From NCBI GenBank assembly GCA_964016885.1, contig OZ024743.1, positions 327,732,001 through 327,796,000 of the forward strand: DNA of 64,000 bases, in the 5' to 3' direction. Position numbers and translations under genes: made by a program. This document shows, in pieces, positions 60,036 through 64,000 of this stretch (the first letter of the stretch is position 1; each line of letters begins with the position of its first letter). The notes below the pieces were generated by a model. It searched no databases, was not told where the DNA came from, and saw nothing but the letters and a program-made list of their open reading frames with translations. This DNA comes from Eledone cirrhosa (lineage: Eukaryota).

Positions 60036-60388
60036 TGTTATATCCAGCTTTATGTAACGCTTCATTATAGTATACAGCCTTACTATTAAATATGGATCTA
60101 TTAGCAGATAGCCTGGATATTCGTTGCTGTACACTGTTGACAATTGCATTCTTAACACTTTTAGGATGATTAGAATAAAAACTAACATAATTTAAATTCT
60201 CATTGAGTTTATGGAAGGGATAATAAAGGCCTGAGTTCAAATTAAGAGTCACGTCTAAAAAATTAACTATTTTATTATTATTTTCTACTTTTAATTTCAG
60301 GTCGTAATTTAAAAAAAAAATCTATAATTACTTTCTTTACTCTATTTAATTCGCTATTATTATGTTTTTCTACAATGTTTTTCTACAG

Positions 60389-60570
60389 GGCGGTGGATTG
60401 GCAGTATCGGTAGAGGGTCGGACGCCATGCTTTCCAGCATAGTTACGTCCCTTTACGATCTGAGTTCAAATCCCGCCGAGGTTGACTTTGCCTTTCATCC
60501 TTACGGGGTCAATAAAATAAAGTACCAGTAATGCACTGGGTAATTGCTGGCCTTGTGCCTAAAGTAGAAA
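60389..60570 (+). mobile_element. SINE family B, full length, with target duplication
   Basis: A-box-like tggcagtatcgg, B box gagttcaaatc, flanking duplicate ttatgtttttctacaat. Confidence 0.88.
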
Positions 60571-61352
60571 TAATTATGTTTTTCTACAATAAATAGTATG
60601 TCATCTCTATATAAACCTCCAGTAATCTCCGGCAGTTTTCTATTTATCATGTTAAGGATAAAAATTCCCACAAGATCGGTAACTTGCGCCGAATCAGACG
60701 AACCCATAGTAATGTCAAAATTCTTCTGTCTATCTGATCTAGTCCAAAGATCATTATTAAAATCTATCAAAGTTCGCCTTGCTGTTAATATAATATTTAT
60801 CTCATCACTAGATAAGTCAGTATGTTTATATGCATATGATAACGCCTTATTTAACAGATTAGGAGTTATCGTTATGTCCATTTGAATGAACTTATAATTA
60901 TTTTTATTTTTTGATATTATTGAACCGATCTATGACTTCATTAGTGCCTTTCCATAGGCTTAGCTATGACCTAAATTTAAGAGTTAGTAAAATCCTATCT
61001 ATTATATTTTACTAATTATTCCAAGATCTGATTTTGAAGGTGCTATAAGTCTAACTGGCGGGTCCTCCTCGACATTTCTTTTATGATCTTTAAAATTTAT
61101 CCCCGGTTGCTTTGGTATGAAGGGTTCGGTTTTTCGCTCTATTCCAAGATTGGTGATAATTTCAAATGCATCATTATTAATATCTAATAAATCCTCACTT
61201 GGGGCCTTTTTATAATTTTTCCGCAATTCTTTTAAAATTAAGTCGTTATATTTGGTTCTTTCAATCCCATATAGGTTTTGTCTGATTTCACTAATAATTT
61301 ATTTATATTTTGCATGTCCTTAATTTTTTCCTTTAGACCTCTGAGGTATTCC

Positions 61353-62680
61353 TCATCATCGTTTAATATCTATCTTCCCCGCTAGCATGGGCTAGATGAG
61401 AATTGTCCCACTTGAGGCAAGATTGATTGGGTGACCATGTCTCACTCATACAGGACTGTATTTGGCAGGTTTTCTACGGCTGGATTCCCTTCCTAACACC
61501 AACCACATTTACAGTGTGGACTGGGAGCTTTTTACCGTGTTACCCACACGATCACATTACATCGTGGTCTGTGTGTTTTTTGTCGTGATATCTACACCTC
61601 ATTAGTTTGGACTGGATGTTGTGGTACCAACATAACTTTATAGAGAAAGGGAGTGGGAGGATGGAGTAGGGGTAGTGGGTTAGGGTGTATGTTTGGTTTG
61701 GAGGGGCCTAATGACTGTAGGTTAACTTTTCACGTAGGGAAGGCGGGTCTTCTCTCTGGGTCTACCTATTCCGTAACTTTCATCAATTTTGATCGCCCTG
61801 CACTTTTTTATACAGCTGTCGTCTTTCATGCGCAGCACGTGGCCATACCAACGTAATCTTCTCTCAAATATGCAGCATCTGATCCCTCTTATTCCTAATT
61901 TCTCACTTAGTTTGTTTATGTTTTGCCGTTCACGTATATTACTATTACACATCCAACGGAGCATGCATGGTTCATTCCTTTCCAGTCTGGGCAGGTCTTC
62001 TGCACGTAATGCCCATGTATCACTGCCATGTAACATTGCTGTTCGTATACAAGCACCATACAATCTGCCTTTCATTTTTAGAGAGAAGCCTTTTGTGGCC
62101 AACAGCGGTATAAGTTCTCTGAACTTTTTCCATCCCGTTCTAAGTCTGGCTACTGTACTTTCAGAGCACCCTCCACCAGTGCTGATTTTGTCACCCAGGT
62201 AACGGAAAGTGTCCACTATTTATATAGAGGCATCTGGGCAGTAGAATGAGCTAGTATCATGGGGGCACTTGCTATTTATTGCACCTGAGCATCAGCCACA
62301 TAAAATCTATGTTCTTAGATAGCTTGCCTGTGATCCCACTACATTTTTTTATGTACCCAAAGTTTGCATTTGGGACATAAAAGGGAATTTCTACCTACTC
62401 CTTTCCTACACACTGAGCATGGCCATTTCCCAGAGGGCATCTGTGCCCTATTTTGTTTTCTACATACTAGAACTTTAATCTTAGACAAGTTAACTTTAAG
62501 GCCTTTTGGTTCTAAGCCATGCTTCCATGTTTGGAATTTCTTCTCTAGTTCAGCCATAGATTCAGCTATGAGAGTTAGATCATCTGTGTATAGAAGTTCC
62601 CATATGCACCCGATCTTAAACTCCTCTGTTATAGTCTGAAGGGCAATAATAAACAGGAGGGGGCTAAGGACAGAGCCTCA
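61353..62680 (-). mobile_element. RTE-type LINE 3' fragment
   Basis: GSVLSPLLFI, LLYTDDL, WPCSVCRKGVGRNS..C..C..WVH, FRYLG, AMLHGSDTW, ERRLRWYGHV, (GAT)n tail. Confidence 0.88.
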
Positions 62681-62709
62681 CTTTATATATATAGATATAA
62701 TTATATATT

Positions 62710-62740
<31 letters not shown>

Positions 62741-63002
62741 CCGTTTTACGTCCGTTCTTCCACGCTAGCATGGGTTAGACGGGTTGTCCTGTTGTGGGCA
62801 GTAGCCGGTCAGCTGACCATGTCTTGCTCATACGGGGAACTGATTCTGGCTTAATGTCTACAGTTGGATGCCCTCCCTAACACTAACCTCATTTACAGTG
62901 AGTGCTGGGTGCTTTTTTTCCGTGGCGCCTAGACGTCCACTTTACAGTGTGGGCTGGGTGCTTTTTTTGCTGTGGTACCTCCACAACCACTTTGCAGTGG
63001 GA
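62710..63002 (-). mobile_element. SINE related to family A, 5'-truncated
   Basis: (GAT)n tail and body similar to 5253-5440. Confidence 0.7.
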
Positions 63003-63149
63003 TATATATATATATATATATATATTGTTATACTTGGGGAGGGTCATATTGTTGTAATAATATTGCCAGAAATAATAACAGAACACACTCACTATGGAGA
63101 TATAAAAGATGCAGAAGCGAAAACCAACCAAACAGTTAGTGTGTTCTGT

Positions 63150-63184
<35 letters not shown>

Positions 63185-63187
<3 letters not shown>

Positions 63188-64000
63188 TCATCATCATCAT
63201 CATTTTACGTCCACTTTTCCCTGCTTGCAAGGGTGGGACGGGTCTTATTCAGCACAGCATCTCTCCACTCGTCACTGTCCTTCGTCATCTCCACCGTGAG
63301 CTTCAATGATCTGAGGTCTGTTCTCACCACCTCCGCCCATGTTTTTCGTGGTCTACCTCTACCACGTCTTCCTTCAACTGGTATTTCCTGGCACTTCTTC
63401 ACCCATCGGTCATCCTCCATGCGCATCACATGTCCATACCACCTCAGTCGCCTCTCCCGTACACTACATTCTATCCCTCTCAGACACAGTTTCTCTCTCA
63501 ACACATTTATGCTGGGTCGTTCACGCACATTTACATTGCACATCCAACGGAGCATGCTTGCCTCATTTCTCTCCAGCCGTCGCATATCCTCTGCAGTTGC
63601 TGTCCATGTCTCACTACCATGCAGCATCGCGCTCCTCACACAGGCATCATACAACCGGCCTTTCGTACGCAGGGAGAAACCCTTCTTCGTCAACAGCGGA
63701 AGAAGCTCCCTAAACTTCTTCCAACCCGTCCTTATTCTAGATACTATGGCCTCGGAACACCCTCCTCCCATGCTAATCTGATCTCCTAGGTACCGGAAGC
63801 TATCCACCACTTCTATAGCGCCCTCCTGCATCTGAAAAATGTGTCTATCAATGCGACTTCTACTGACTAATTTCCCTGTACATCTACTGCATACATATTT
63901 CTCCCTACTTGTTAGTTTGCCTGCTATCCCGCTACATCTCTTGTGTACCCAGGATCTGCATTGTGTGCATTTTATAGAATTTATGCCAGTTCCTTTTCTG
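63185..64000 (-). mobile_element. RTE-type LINE 3' end with open ORF tail, running off the window
   Basis: VDSFRYLG, SAMLHGSETW, RERRLRWYGHV, GRRGRGRPRKTW, then a (ATG)n tail. Confidence 0.92.

Larger units (their letters stand above)
56805..61350 (-). mobile_element. Penelope-like retroelement (RT plus C-terminal GIY-YIG), decayed, with a long AT-rich 3' region
   Basis: FKDHK...VRLIAPSKSDLG; FDITMGSSDSAQVTDLVG; GLYRDD; SNHPKSV; VKLSYS; CNCRKKSECPLQNNCL; IVY...YIGAT; CNLCNFE. The 56805-58880 extent is inferred from the hammerhead. Confidence 0.85.

Overview
AT-rich, repeat-saturated animal genomic DNA. The SINE and RTE families and the (TA)n/(CA)n load suggest a mollusc, probably an octopod cephalopod (inference). 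Only one intact host gene is visible: a class A GPCR with a single-exon ORF (39227-40204, +). About 26.5 kb (9373-35921) is an 18-bp tandem array with higher-order duplications. One frame of it reads as an LTI(Q/E)SS hexapeptide but is broken by stops and frameshifts. The rest is transposon debris: a DD37D/maT fragment, a Tigger/pogo, a CR1-like fragment, two tRNA-SINE families, two RTE-type LINE 3' parts, a Gypsy LTR element with a nested non-coding LTR element, a near full-length intron- and STPR-containing Helitron, and several Penelope-like remnants. Five canonical-core and several degenerate type I hammerhead ribozymes could be folded by eye in the Penelope-like remnants. All calls come from motif reading without database searches.
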